64,000 bases of DNA from Novosphingobium sp. (GCF_965229225.1 NZ_OZ245867.1:330298-394297), one strand, 5' to 3'; positions 17,724 to 27,147 are shown, counted from the stretch's first letter. Numbers and translations: made by a program. Notes: generated by a model from the sequence alone, not told the origin.

Positions 17724-19037
17724 GTGAACGATGCTGGCAGTTTGCGCATGACCGAAGCTTCCCGCAGCAATCTCCCGCCATTGCAATTGCACGTGCCCGA
17801 ACCGCGCTTTCGCCCCGGCGATGCGGTGGACTACAGCCATCTGGTGATCCCGCAGGCGGGTGCGCAGGCGCGGCCAGATGAAGGCTGCGCGGCGAGCGAG
17901 ACGCATCCGCTGTGCCTCGATCTGGTGCGCGTGCTGGGTGAGGACCACAAGGCGGTCGGCCCGTGGGATCCGAAGCTCGATCCCGAAACCTTGCGGCGGA
18001 TGCTGCGGTTGATGGCACTGACGCGGGCGTTCGACGACCGGATGTACCGCGGGCAGCGGCAGGGCAAGACCAGCTTCTACATGAAGTGCACCGGCGAGGA
18101 GGCCACCTCGATCGCCCCGGCCATGGCGCTGGCGAGCGATGACATGGTGTTTCCCAGTTATCGCCAGCAGGGCATTCTGATTGCGCGCGGCTATCCGATG
18201 GTCGACATGATCAACCAGATCTATTCGAACAAGGCGGACAAGCTGAAGGGCCGCCAGCTGCCGATCATGTATTCGGCGCGTGAGGCCTCGTTCTTCTCGA
18301 TTTCGGGCAATCTTGCCACGCAGTATCCGCAGGCCGTGGGCTGGGCGATGGCGAGCGCGATCAAGGGCGACACGCGGATTGCGGCTTCGTGGCTGGGTGA
18401 GGGATCGACTGCGGAAGGGGACTTCCATTCGGCGATGACCTTCGCGGCAGTCTACAACGCGCCGGTGGTGTTCAATGTCGTCAACAACCAGTGGGCGATT
18501 TCGAGCTTTTCGGGCTTTGCCGGAGCGGAGCGGACGACCTTTGCGGCGCGGGCCATCGGCTATGGCATTGCGGGCATCCGGGTGGACGGCAACGATCCGT
18601 TGGCGGTCTATGCGGCAACGCGCTGGGCGGCCAACCGGGCGCGGGCGAACGGCGGGCCGACGCTGATCGAGCATTTCACCTACCGCGCGGAAGGGCATTC
18701 TACCTCGGACGATCCGGGGCAGTACCGATCAGTGCAGGAGCGCAGCGAGTGGCCGCTGGGTGATCCCATTGCGCGACTTGCAGCGCATCTGGAGGCGCTG
18801 GGCGAGTGGACGGCAGAGGCCCACGCCGCGATGGATCTGGAGCTGGCCGAGCAGGTCAAGGCCGCAGCGAAGGCGGCGGAAGCGAACGGCGTGCTGGGTC
18901 ACGGCCTGCACCACCCGTTCCGCACGCTGTTTGAAGATGTGTTCGAGGAACTGCCGTGGCACCTCAAGGAACAAAGCGAGCAGGCGATCCGCGAACGCCG
19001 GATCAAATGGCCCGAGTGGAAGGAGGAGGACTCGTGA
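17724..19037 (+). CDS. bkdA1: 2-oxoisovalerate (branched-chain 2-oxoacid) dehydrogenase E1 alpha subunit
   Basis: 437 aa with RQGKTSFYMKCTGEEA and the TPP-binding region (GEGSTAEGDFH...NNQWAIS). GTG start with GAGGAGG upstream; an alternative ATG lies at 17748. Confidence 0.85.
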   Translation: MNDAGSLRMTEASRSNLPPLQLHVPEPRFRPGDAVDYSHLVIPQAGAQARPDEGCAASETHPLCLDLVRVLGEDHKAVGPWDPKLDPETLRRMLRLMALTRAFDDRMYRGQRQGKTSFYMKCTGEEATSIAPAMALASDDMVFPSYRQQGILIARGYPMVDMINQIYSNKADKLKGRQLPIMYSAREASFFSISGNLATQYPQAVGWAMASAIKGDTRIAASWLGEGSTAEGDFHSAMTFAAVYNAPVVFNVVNNQWAISSFSGFAGAERTTFAARAIGYGIAGIRVDGNDPLAVYAATRWAANRARANGGPTLIEHFTYRAEGHSTSDDPGQYRSVQERSEWPLGDPIARLAAHLEALGEWTAEAHAAMDLELAEQVKAAAKAAEANGVLGHGLHHPFRTLFEDVFEELPWHLKEQSEQAIRERRIKWPEWKEEDS

Positions 19038-20065
19038 GCGAGCAGCCTTCCATGAAAAAGCTCAACATGATCGAGGCGATCAACGACGCGCTCGACGTGA
19101 TGATGGGGCGCGACAGCAATATCGTCGTGATGGGCGAGGATGTCGGCTATTTCGGCGGCGTGTTCCGCGCGACGGCGGGGCTGCAGAAGAAGTATGGCCG
19201 CACGCGGGTGTTCGATACGCCGATCAGCGAATGCGGGATCATCGGCGTGGCGGTGGGGATGGGGGCCTATGGCCTGCGGCCCGTGCCGGAAATCCAGTTT
19301 GCCGACTATATCTATCCGGGGCTGGACCAGCTCGTCTCCGAAGCGGCGCGGCTGCGTTATCGTTCGGCGGGTGAGTTTACCGCGCCGATCACGGTGCGCT
19401 CGCCGTTTGGCGGCGGCATCTTCGGCGGGCAGACGCATAGCCAGAGCCCGGAGGCGCTGTTTACCCATGTTTCCGGGATCAAGACGGTGATCCCGAGCAC
19501 GCCGCATGATGCCAAGGGGCTGTTGATCGCGGCGATCGAAGACAACGATCCGGTGATCTTCTTCGAGCCCAAGCGGATCTACAACGGGCCGTTCAATGGC
19601 TACTACGACAAGCCGGTGGAGCCGTGGTCGCGGCATCCCGATGGGGCGGTGCCGGAAGGGTACTACCGCATCCCGCTCGGCAAGGCGCGCGTGGTACGTG
19701 AGGGCGAGGCGATGACCGTGCTCGCCTATGGCACGATGGTCCATGTGGCCGAGGCGGTGCTGGCGGAGAAGGGCGTCGATGCCGAGATCATCGATCTGCG
19801 CACGCTGGTGCCGCTCGATATCGAAACGATCAAGGCTTCGGTCGAAAAGACCGGCAAGTGCCTGATCGTGCATGAGGCGACGCGGACGTCCGGCTTTGGC
19901 GCGGAGCTTTCCGCGCTGGTGCAGGAACGCTGCTTCTATCACCTCGAGGCGCCGATCGAGCGCGTGACGGGCTTCGACACGCCTTATCCGCACAGCCTTG
20001 AATGGGCGTATTTTCCGGGTCCGGTCCGCATTGGCGAGGCTGTCGACCGTCTATTGAAAGCCTGA
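19034..20065 (+). CDS. bkdA2: 2-oxoisovalerate dehydrogenase E1 beta subunit
   Basis: MNMIEAINDALD..., VFDTPISE and the transketolase-like pyrimidine-binding and C-terminal domains. The GTG at 19034 overlaps the upstream stop (GTGA) and follows AGGAGGAGGA. An alternative ATG lies at 19052. Confidence 0.85.
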   Translation: MSEQPSMKKLNMIEAINDALDVMMGRDSNIVVMGEDVGYFGGVFRATAGLQKKYGRTRVFDTPISECGIIGVAVGMGAYGLRPVPEIQFADYIYPGLDQLVSEAARLRYRSAGEFTAPITVRSPFGGGIFGGQTHSQSPEALFTHVSGIKTVIPSTPHDAKGLLIAAIEDNDPVIFFEPKRIYNGPFNGYYDKPVEPWSRHPDGAVPEGYYRIPLGKARVVREGEAMTVLAYGTMVHVAEAVLAEKGVDAEIIDLRTLVPLDIETIKASVEKTGKCLIVHEATRTSGFGAELSALVQERCFYHLEAPIERVTGFDTPYPHSLEWAYFPGPVRIGEAVDRLLKA

Positions 20066-20069
20066 CGCG

Positions 20070-21365
20070 ATGGGTACTTTCACGTTCCGCCTGCCCGATA
20101 TCGGCGAGGGTATTGCCGAGGCCGAGATTGTCGCCTGGCATGTCGCCGTGGGCGATATGGTGGCCGAGGACGGGCGCGTTGCGGACCTCATGACCGACAA
20201 GGCGACGGTCGAGATGGAGAGCCCGGTGAGCGGGCGGATCATCTCGATTGCCGGGGATGTCGGCGACGTGATCGCGATCGGCTCGCCGCTGGTGGTGATC
20301 GAGACCGAGGGGGATGAGGCTGCCGAGCCTGCCGCTGAGGTTGGGAATGGTCCTTCGACAAGCTCTGAGCGAGCCGAGGTTGTGGTTGTGGAGCCGGTCG
20401 CGGCTGCGCCGGTGGTAGCGCCCGCTGCCGAGGTGCCACCGGCTGAGCCGGAGCCAGTCGCTGCGCGGGTCGTGCACGCGTCCAAGGTGCTGGCGAGTCC
20501 GGCAGTGCGGGCGCGGGCCGAGGGGCTGGGGATCGATCTGGGCGAGGTGCGGCCTTCGGAAGAGGGGCGCGTGCGGCATGCGGATCTCGACCAGTTCCTT
20601 GCCTACAATGCGGGCGGCGGGTTCCGGGCGGCGGGAGCGAAGCGGGCGGATGAGACCGTAAAGGTCATCGGACTGCGCCGGCGTATTGCCGAGAATATGG
20701 CGGCCTCCAAGCGCGCGATCCCGCACTTCACCTATGTCGAGGAATGCGACGTTACCGCGCTGGAGGAAATGCGTGCGCAGCTCAATGAGGGGCGGGGCGG
20801 CCCAAATGCAGTCAAGCCCAAGCTCACCATGCTGCCGCTGCTGATTACCGCGATCTGCAAGACGCTGCCGGACTTCCCGATGCTCAACGCGCGCTATGAT
20901 GATGAGGCGGGCGTGGTGACGCGGCACGGCGCGGTGCATCTCGGTATGGCGACGCAGACGCCGGGCGGCCTCATGGTGCCGGTGATTCGCGACGCGCAGG
21001 ATCGCAACCTGTGGCAGCTGGCGAACGAGATCGGTCGTCTGGCGGAGGCGGCGCGCAGCGGAACGGCGACGTCGGCCGAGCTTTCGGGCTCGACAATCAC
21101 CGTGACCTCACTTGGCGCGCTGGGCGGGGTGGCGACGACGCCGGTGATCAACCGGCCGGAAGTGGCGATCATCGGCCCCAACCGGATTGTCGAGCGGCCG
21201 ATGTTCGTGCCCGACGGGATGGGCGGCGAGCGGGTGGCGAAGCGCAAGCTGATGAACATTTCGATCAGCTGCGATCACCGCGTCGTGGATGGCTGGGATG
21301 CGGCGAGCTTTGTGCAGGCGCTCAAGCGGCTGATCGAGACGCCGGTGCTGCTGCTGGCGGATTAG
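20070..21365 (+). CDS. bkdB: Branched-chain 2-oxoacid dehydrogenase E2 (dihydrolipoamide acyltransferase)
   Basis: Single lipoyl domain (LMTDKATVEMESP), an Ala/Pro linker, a subunit-binding domain (ASPAVRARA..GIDL) and the catalytic DHRVVDG motif. Confidence 0.88.
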   Translation: MGTFTFRLPDIGEGIAEAEIVAWHVAVGDMVAEDGRVADLMTDKATVEMESPVSGRIISIAGDVGDVIAIGSPLVVIETEGDEAAEPAAEVGNGPSTSSERAEVVVVEPVAAAPVVAPAAEVPPAEPEPVAARVVHASKVLASPAVRARAEGLGIDLGEVRPSEEGRVRHADLDQFLAYNAGGGFRAAGAKRADETVKVIGLRRRIAENMAASKRAIPHFTYVEECDVTALEEMRAQLNEGRGGPNAVKPKLTMLPLLITAICKTLPDFPMLNARYDDEAGVVTRHGAVHLGMATQTPGGLMVPVIRDAQDRNLWQLANEIGRLAEAARSGTATSAELSGSTITVTSLGALGGVATTPVINRPEVAIIGPNRIVERPMFVPDGMGGERVAKRKLMNISISCDHRVVDGWDAASFVQALKRLIETPVLLLAD

Positions 21366-21850
21366 CGCACGACGCCGCGCCAGGTCATCTGGCCATTGCC
21401 GGCGAGGGCCTGCGGACCCGGGATGCGCCAGCGCAAGTGGGTAACGTCTTCGGGATGGGCGGGGCGGCTGCGGCCGTCGCTGCCCCGGACGCTGAGGGCC
21501 TCGAGTGCGCCCCAGGTGCGGCCACCATCGACTGAGACTTCCTGAGTCTCTTCCGTGGCACCTGCAAAGGCGATTGTCCGTGGCAATGGGTTGGTGACGG
21601 TAAAGCCGCCATCCTTGCGCCCGGACCAGTTGACCACGAAGATCACGCGGTCGCCGGGACGGAGCTGATCGGCGCGTTCGAGAATGCGCGCGGTGCGGCC
21701 GCCGGGGGCAGGCTGGAAGCGCTCGACGAAGACATCGCTGGCAAACTGCACGCCGCCAGAAGGCTGGGCAGCGGCATGGGCTGCGGCCGGCATGAGCGCC
21801 GCGCTTGTCGCGCCTGCGACCAGCATCGCCGGAAGGACCGCCTTGTACAT
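21362..21850 (-). CDS. Hypothetical secreted protein
   Basis: 162 aa with a clear signal peptide (MYKAVLPAMLVAGATSAALMPAAAHA). No family recognised. It converges on bkdB with a 4-nt overlap. Confidence 0.5.
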   Translation of the reverse strand: MYKAVLPAMLVAGATSAALMPAAAHAAAQPSGGVQFASDVFVERFQPAPGGRTARILERADQLRPGDRVIFVVNWSGRKDGGFTVTNPLPRTIAFAGATEETQEVSVDGGRTWGALEALSVRGSDGRSRPAHPEDVTHLRWRIPGPQALAGNGQMTWRGVVR

Positions 21851-21994
21851 TTCCTGATCTGCCCCTTGGGCGCTCCCTGCGCCGCTGGGGCCATGGTTGG
21901 CACGAGGGCCGATAAAGTTTGGTTAATGCGGGTCTGCGGGCTTAGCACGCTGCTCAGTCAAGAGGGCACAAGCGGCCGAGTGCTGCGGGCAAAG

Positions 21995-22020
21995 AAAAAG
22001 GCACCCGGAGGTGCCTTTTT
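21995..22020. terminator. Bidirectional rho-independent terminator downstream of tRNA-Asp
   Basis: aaaaa-ggcacc-cgga-ggtgcc-ttttt. The perfect 6-bp GC stem is flanked by an A-run and a T-run, so it carries a U-tract on either strand. Confidence 0.7.
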
Positions 22021-22031
22021 CGTTTTCCCAA

Positions 22032-22108
22032 TGGCGCGAGTGACGGGACTTGAACCCGCGACCCTCGGCGTGACAGGCCGATACTCTAACCAACTGAGCT
22101 ACACCCGC
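22032..22108 (-). tRNA. tRNA-Asp (anticodon GTC)
   Basis: Reverse complement reads GCGGGTGTAGCTCAGTTGGTTAGAGTA TCGGC CTGTCAC GCCGA ...GGTTCAAGTCC...CTCGCGCCA. Confidence 0.9.
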
Positions 22109-22210
22109 TCGCCTTGGGAGCGCCGCATTTATGGGAGGAGTCTCTGGCTGTCAACGCCCTAGTTCGGCAAAAATGCGGCTATTTTTGCGTAAGGGAAAAA
22201 TCGTTTTAAA

Positions 22211-22435
22211 TCAGCACCAGCGGCCGGTTTCCATCCAGATCAGGAAGCGGCGAAGGGGCAGGAGCCACACGGTTCCGAGAATCACGTAGACCAGCGTCTG
22301 CACGAGCACCGGCATCTTGCCGATGGGGCCAGCAAGGCCCGCCACGATCAGCGCATAGCCGAACAGGCCCAGAACCAGCGCGAGGATGCCGAAGGGCTTG
22401 CGCCAGGTGGGCTTGTAGCTTTCGGGTTCGTTCAT
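22211..22435 (-). CDS. DUF2842-like small membrane protein
   Basis: 74 aa with two TM helices. WRKPFGILALVLGL...WLLPLRRFLIWMETGRW matches my memory of alphaproteobacterial DUF2842. Confidence 0.6.
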   Translation of the reverse strand: MNEPESYKPTWRKPFGILALVLGLFGYALIVAGLAGPIGKMPVLVQTLVYVILGTVWLLPLRRFLIWMETGRWC

Positions 22436-22446
22436 CGTGCGTCCGT

Positions 22447-23100
22447 TCAGAAGGGGCCGTATAGCCGAGTGGGCGTTACCACCGCGGAGAGCGGCCTGTC
22501 ATGCGCCTCTATTGGCAGGTTTTCGGCAAGCTGGCTGTCCCACGCCATGCCGATGGCGGGCGCATCGGGGTACTGTTCAAGCCAGCGATCATAGTAGCCG
22601 CCGCCTTGCCCGAGCCGAAGGCCGGCGGCGGTAAAGCCGATGAGGGGGACGAACAGGACATCGGGCGCCAGCGGCTCGGCATCGGCACGCGGCTGCTGGG
22701 CGCCGTAGGGATCGGGCTCCAGAAGTTCGTCGTGATAGGGCGAGGCCCAGTGGCGGAATTCCATTGGCGCGCCGCGGCGGGCGAAGAAGGGCATGGCAAG
22801 CTTGTGCCCCGCATCGTGGAAATGCCGGGCATAGGCGAGGGTTGGCGCTTCATCGCCGATCGCATGATAGAGGCCGATCGTGGCGCCGGCGGGTATCAGA
22901 CGGACAAGCGCTGCGGGCGGTCGCATGAACAGCAGCGCCTTGATGCGCGGTTCGAGCGCGGCCACGTGGTCGCGTCGGGCGGCGCGCAGCGCATTGCGCA
23001 GGGCAGCCTTGGCGCTGGCGATATCGGAAGAGTTCAAGGCAATCTCTACAGTCTCTGGCCTTGGCGGAAGGGCACCGTGCCGGGGTGACGGGACCACCAT
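22447..23100 (-). CDS. 5-formyltetrahydrofolate cyclo-ligase
   Basis: GGGYYDR motif, and KAALRNALRAARR near the N-terminus. The ATG at 23100 is the longest option. The true start is probably downstream (for example TTG at 23037), because the 6S RNA candidate overlaps 23082-23100. Confidence 0.8.
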   Translation of the reverse strand: MVVPSPRHGALPPRPETVEIALNSSDIASAKAALRNALRAARRDHVAALEPRIKALLFMRPPAALVRLIPAGATIGLYHAIGDEAPTLAYARHFHDAGHKLAMPFFARRGAPMEFRHWASPYHDELLEPDPYGAQQPRADAEPLAPDVLFVPLIGFTAAGLRLGQGGGYYDRWLEQYPDAPAIGMAWDSQLAENLPIEAHDRPLSAVVTPTRLYGPF

Positions 23101-23250
23101 GGGTCGTTTCCAGGAGAATCCTCTGACGCGTTCACGTCAGGTGGGGACCATATACCAGGGCCAGGGCCCGAGCAGGGACAGCCCCCAAGGATTTTGCTTA
23201 TAGCCTCAGGGATTTCATGTGGCACGTGCCGGGCAGTACCCGTCGATCCC
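23082..23250 (-). ncRNA. ssrS: Probable 6S RNA
   Basis: It occupies the zapA to 5-FCL gap, the conserved ssrS position. The RNA folds by eye into a long helix: GGGAUCGACGGG (23250-23239) pairs with CCCGUCACCCC (23092-23082), CCACAUG with CAUGGUGG, and AAUCCCUGAG with GUCAGAGGAUU. This helix encloses a large central bubble and an apical helix (UGGGGGC with GUCCCCA). The ends are approximate. Confidence 0.55.
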
Positions 23251-23288
23251 TATCTAGGGAATGTGCAGCACTTTCTCAAGTGCCGCTC

Positions 23289-23630
23289 TCAACCTTCAGC
23301 TTCTTCCAGATGGGCTGCGAGTTTCTCGACGCGCGCGGCGAGCGTTTCGATCCGTGCAAGGACTTCGGCAGAGGGCGATGCCGCCTCTGGCGCGCTTGCC
23401 TGCGTTGCTTCTTGCGGGGGCGGCATCTGGCGGTGCAGTTCGTGCAGTTCGTCCGCCAGCATGAGCGCGGCGAAGAGCAGCATGCGCGTCTCGCTCTGCC
23501 CGGCGCCGCCGCCGCTGTTCGTGACACGCTCGGCCACCATGCGGCCGAGCATCTCGATATGCGGTTCCTCGCCATCCGGCGCGGAGACGGTGTAGGGGCG
23601 GCCGCCGATCGTGAGGGTGACGTTGGTCAT
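23289..23630 (-). CDS. zapA: Cell division protein ZapA
   Basis: 113 aa. The N-terminus MTNVTLTIGGRPYTVSAPDGEEPHI...A is the typical ZapA beta-hairpin region, followed by a coiled-coil tail. Confidence 0.8.
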   Translation of the reverse strand: MTNVTLTIGGRPYTVSAPDGEEPHIEMLGRMVAERVTNSGGGAGQSETRMLLFAALMLADELHELHRQMPPPQEATQASAPEAASPSAEVLARIETLAARVEKLAAHLEEAEG

Positions 23631-23640
23631 GAGATAGAGG

Positions 23641-23862
23641 TCATTGCGGGAGATTGGCCAGCAGGAGGTCCAGCTGCTGGATTTCCTGGCTCACCCGTTC
23701 CTTGAGCTTGCGGTGGCGGCTGCGCAGCTCGGCCACTTCGGCAGGGGCGGGGGTTGCGGCAACGGCAGCCTCGAGCCGGGCAATCGCCTGCTCGATCCTG
23801 TCCAGCGCCGCATCGAGCGGGGAATCCTGCGCCTCGGTCGTCATGGCCTGCTTCGCTAGCAC
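23641..23862 (-). CDS. DUF4164-like coiled-coil protein
   Basis: 73-aa helical protein (LDAALDRIEQAIARLEAAV...) immediately upstream of zapA, as is common in alphaproteobacteria. Confidence 0.5.
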   Translation of the reverse strand: MLAKQAMTTEAQDSPLDAALDRIEQAIARLEAAVAATPAPAEVAELRSRHRKLKERVSQEIQQLDLLLANLPQ

Positions 23863-24025
23863 AATTGCCTAGGCCCGCAAGCCGGGAACTGCCCGCCTTT
23901 CCCCAACCTTGACGCTACGGCCCCAGCCTTGACGCTACACAGTGCCGCTCCCAAAGAGAGCCCGCTGCCGAATCGGCCGCGCGCGTGAGCGGCCCGTGCC
24001 GCAGAATCGAAGGCAAGGACAGACG

Positions 24026-26008
24026 ATGACGTTGGCTGGGGAACGGGATCAGGCCGTACTGGCGCCGATGGCGAATGCCATCCGCGCGCTGGCGATGGAT
24101 GCGGTCGAGGCCGCCAATTCGGGGCACCCCGGCATGCCGATGGGCATGGCCGATGTGGCGACCGTGCTGTTTACCGAATTCCTCAAGTACGATCCCGCCG
24201 CCCCCAAGTGGACTGACCGAGACCGCTTCGTGCTTTCGGCCGGGCACGGCTCAATGCTGATCTACGCGTTGCTGCACCTGACGGGCTATGCCGCGCCGAC
24301 GATCGACGACATCCGCAATTTCCGTCAGCTGGGCAGCCCTTGCGCCGGGCATCCCGAGAACGACATGCTCGAAGGGGTGGAGTGCACCACCGGTCCGCTG
24401 GGGCAGGGCCTGGCGATGGCGGTGGGCATGGCGATTGCCGAGCGGCACCTCAACGCAGCATTCGGCAGTGAACTGGTCGACCACAAGACCTGGGTGATCG
24501 CGGGCGACGGCTGCCTGATGGAAGGCGTGAACCACGAGGCGGTCGGCCTTGCGGGCACGCTCGGCCTCGGCCACCTCAACGTGCTGTGGGACGATAACAA
24601 GATCACCATCGACGGCGACACATCGCTTTCGACGACCGAGGACATTCTGGCGCGCTATGCCGCGAGCGGTTGGCACACCGCCAGCTGTGACGGGCATGAC
24701 TTTGCCGATATCGCCCGCGCGCTGGCCGAAGCCGCCGCCGATCCGCGTCCGTCGCTGGTTTCCTGCCGCACGGTGATCGGCAAGGGCGCGCCCAACAAGC
24801 AGGGTGGGCACAATGTACACGGTTCGCCGCTGGGGAAGTCCGAGATCGAAGCCGCGCGCGAGTATCTGGACTGGACGGCAGCTCCGTTCGAGATACCGGC
24901 GGACATTCTGGCCAACTGGCGCGCTGCTGGTTCGAAGGGCGCCGCCGTGCGCGCCGAGTGGGAGGCGCGTGCTGCCGCCCATCCGCAGGGTGCTGAACTG
25001 GCTCGGCGCATGGCGGGCGAGTTGCCGGCGGACCTGGGTGCGAAGGACGCTTATATCCAGAGCCTGATCGCCACTCCGCCGACCGTCGCGACGCGCAAAT
25101 CGAGCGAAATGGCGCTGGAGGCGATGACTGCGGTGATTCCCGAAATGGTCGGCGGTTCGGCGGACCTGACGGGTTCGAACAATACCAAGACCAAGTCGAC
25201 GGGTCCGCTGACCAAGGACAGCTATGGCGGGCGCTATGTCTATTATGGCATCCGCGAGTTCGGCATGGCTGCCGCGATGAACGGCATGGCGCTGCACGGG
25301 GGCGTGATCCCCTATGGCGGCACGTTCCTCGTGTTCTCCGATTACTGCCGCAATGCAGTGCGCATGTCGGCGCTGCAGCATGTGCGGGCAGTCTATGTGT
25401 TCACGCATGACTCCATCGGCCTTGGCGAAGATGGACCGACGCACCAGCCGATCGAGCATGTCATGTCGCTGCGCATGATCCCCAATCTCCTCGTGTTCCG
25501 CCCGGCGGATGCGATCGAGACGGCAGAGGCCTGGAGCCTTGCGCTGGCGAACGCGCACCGCCCGACCGTGCTGGCGCTGACCCGGCAGAACCTGCCGCCG
25601 GTGCGCTTCGATGCCGAGATGAAGAGTGCGAAGGGTGCCTACCGCCTCGTGGGCGCAACGGCGCCGCGCAAGGTCGTGCTGCTGGCGACAGGTTCGGAAG
25701 TGGCGATTGCCATGGACGTGGCCAAGACGCTCGAAGCCGAGGGCGTGGGCGCGGATGTCGTTTCGTTCCCGTGCTGGGAACTGTTCGACGAGCAGGACGC
25801 GGCCTACCGCGCCGATGTGCTCCCGGCGGACGTGCTCAAGGTCTCGATCGAGGCCGGTGTGACGCTGGGCTGGCAGAAGTATGTCGGCGATGGCCTCACC
25901 ATCGGCATCGACAGCTTTGGCGCATCGGCCCCCGCGCCGGTGCTCTATGACCACTTCGGCCTTGTGCCCGAGAAGATCGTGCCGCGCATCAAGGCGCGGC
26001 TGTCCTAG
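24026..26008 (+). CDS. tkt: Transketolase
   Basis: NAIRALAMDAVEAANSGHPGMPMGMADV, GDGCLMEG and HDSIGLGEDGPTHQP. The start is set at MTLAG (ATG 24026) rather than the track start at 23942. Confidence 0.95.
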   Translation: MTLAGERDQAVLAPMANAIRALAMDAVEAANSGHPGMPMGMADVATVLFTEFLKYDPAAPKWTDRDRFVLSAGHGSMLIYALLHLTGYAAPTIDDIRNFRQLGSPCAGHPENDMLEGVECTTGPLGQGLAMAVGMAIAERHLNAAFGSELVDHKTWVIAGDGCLMEGVNHEAVGLAGTLGLGHLNVLWDDNKITIDGDTSLSTTEDILARYAASGWHTASCDGHDFADIARALAEAAADPRPSLVSCRTVIGKGAPNKQGGHNVHGSPLGKSEIEAAREYLDWTAAPFEIPADILANWRAAGSKGAAVRAEWEARAAAHPQGAELARRMAGELPADLGAKDAYIQSLIATPPTVATRKSSEMALEAMTAVIPEMVGGSADLTGSNNTKTKSTGPLTKDSYGGRYVYYGIREFGMAAAMNGMALHGGVIPYGGTFLVFSDYCRNAVRMSALQHVRAVYVFTHDSIGLGEDGPTHQPIEHVMSLRMIPNLLVFRPADAIETAEAWSLALANAHRPTVLALTRQNLPPVRFDAEMKSAKGAYRLVGATAPRKVVLLATGSEVAIAMDVAKTLEAEGVGADVVSFPCWELFDEQDAAYRADVLPADVLKVSIEAGVTLGWQKYVGDGLTIGIDSFGASAPAPVLYDHFGLVPEKIVPRIKARLS

Positions 26009-26011
26009 TTT

Positions 26012-26103
26012 CTTCGTCATTGCAGGCGAAGTGAGGCTATGCAGAGCTATTCATTCGAAGGCTCCGGATTGTTTCGTCACTTCGCTCCCTACAATGACGA
26101 AGG
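26012..26103. repeat. REP/MITE-like imperfect inverted repeat containing a CCGGATT...AATGACGAA motif copy
   Basis: The left arm is cttcgtcattgcaggcgaagtga (26012-26034). The right arm is tcacttcgctccctacaatgacgaag (26077-26102). The motif copy spans 26064-26103. Its translation gives the DCFVTSLPTMT pseudo-peptide in track ORF 25881..26108. Confidence 0.5.
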
Positions 26104-26135
26104 TGTGAACGGGTTTTTGAAAAGGAGTTAGTTCA

Positions 26136-27143
26136 ATGGCGACGAAGGTTGCGATCAACGGTTTCGGGCGCATCGGGCGCAATGTGGCGCGCGCCATCCT
26201 CGAACGTCCGGACTGCGGGCTGGAGCTGGTTTCGATCAATGATCTCGCCAGCGCCAAGGCCAACGCCCTGCTGTTCAAGCGTGACAGCGTGCATGGCGCG
26301 TTTTCGGGCACGGTCGAGGTGGACGGCAACGACCTCGTCATCAACGGCAAGCGCATTGCCGTGACCGCCGAGCGTGATCCCGCCAACCTGCCGCACGGCG
26401 CGCAGGGCATCGACATCGTGCTGGAATGCACCGGCTTCTTCACCGACCGCGCTTCGTGCGAAAAGCATATCGCAGCCGGCGCGAAGAAGGTGCTGATCTC
26501 GGCGCCGGGCAAGAATGTCGATCTCACCGTCGTCTACGGCGTGAACCACGACAAGCTGACCGCCGAGCACACCATCGTCTCGAACGCTTCGTGCACCACC
26601 AACTGCCTCGCGCCGTTCGCCAAGGTGCTTAACGACAGCATCGGCATCGTGCGCGGGCTGATGACCACGGTCCACGCCTATACCAACGACCAGAAGATCC
26701 TCGACCAGATCCACGACGATCCGCGCCGCGCCCGCGCTGCCGCGATGAGCATGATCCCGACCACGACGGGCGCCGCCCGCGCGGTGGGTGAAGTGCTGCC
26801 CGAACTGAAGGGCAAGCTCGACGGTTCGGCGATCCGCGTGCCGACGCCGAACGTCTCGGTGGTGGACCTGACGTTCCAGCCGGCGCGCGACACGACCAAG
26901 GAAGAAGTCAACGCGCTGCTCAAGGCGGCATCGGAAGGCGCGCTCAAGGGCGTGCTGGGCTTCAGCGCCGAGCCGCTGGTTTCGATCGACTACAACCACG
27001 ATTCGCACAGCTCGACCATCGACAGCCTCGAAACGTCGGTGATCGACGGCAAGCTGGTGCGCGTGCTTTCGTGGTACGACAACGAGTGGGGCTTCTCGAA
27101 CCGCATGGTCGATACGGCCGGCGTGATGGGCGGGCTGCTCTAA
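26136..27143 (+). CDS. gap: Glyceraldehyde-3-phosphate dehydrogenase (type I)
   Basis: INGFGRIGR and the [12 protein letters not shown] active site; 335 aa. Confidence 0.95.
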   Translation: MATKVAINGFGRIGRNVARAILERPDCGLELVSINDLASAKANALLFKRDSVHGAFSGTVEVDGNDLVINGKRIAVTAERDPANLPHGAQGIDIVLECTGFFTDRASCEKHIAAGAKKVLISAPGKNVDLTVVYGVNHDKLTAEHTIVSNASCTTNCLAPFAKVLNDSIGIVRGLMTTVHAYTNDQKILDQIHDDPRRARAAAMSMIPTTTGAARAVGEVLPELKGKLDGSAIRVPTPNVSVVDLTFQPARDTTKEEVNALLKAASEGALKGVLGFSAEPLVSIDYNHDSHSSTIDSLETSVIDGKLVRVLSWYDNEWGFSNRMVDTAGVMGGLL

Positions 27144-27147
27144 GACC

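Noticed and set aside
24251-26020. 589-aa ORF on the - strand.
   Set aside because: It is antisense to transketolase and has no recognisable motifs.
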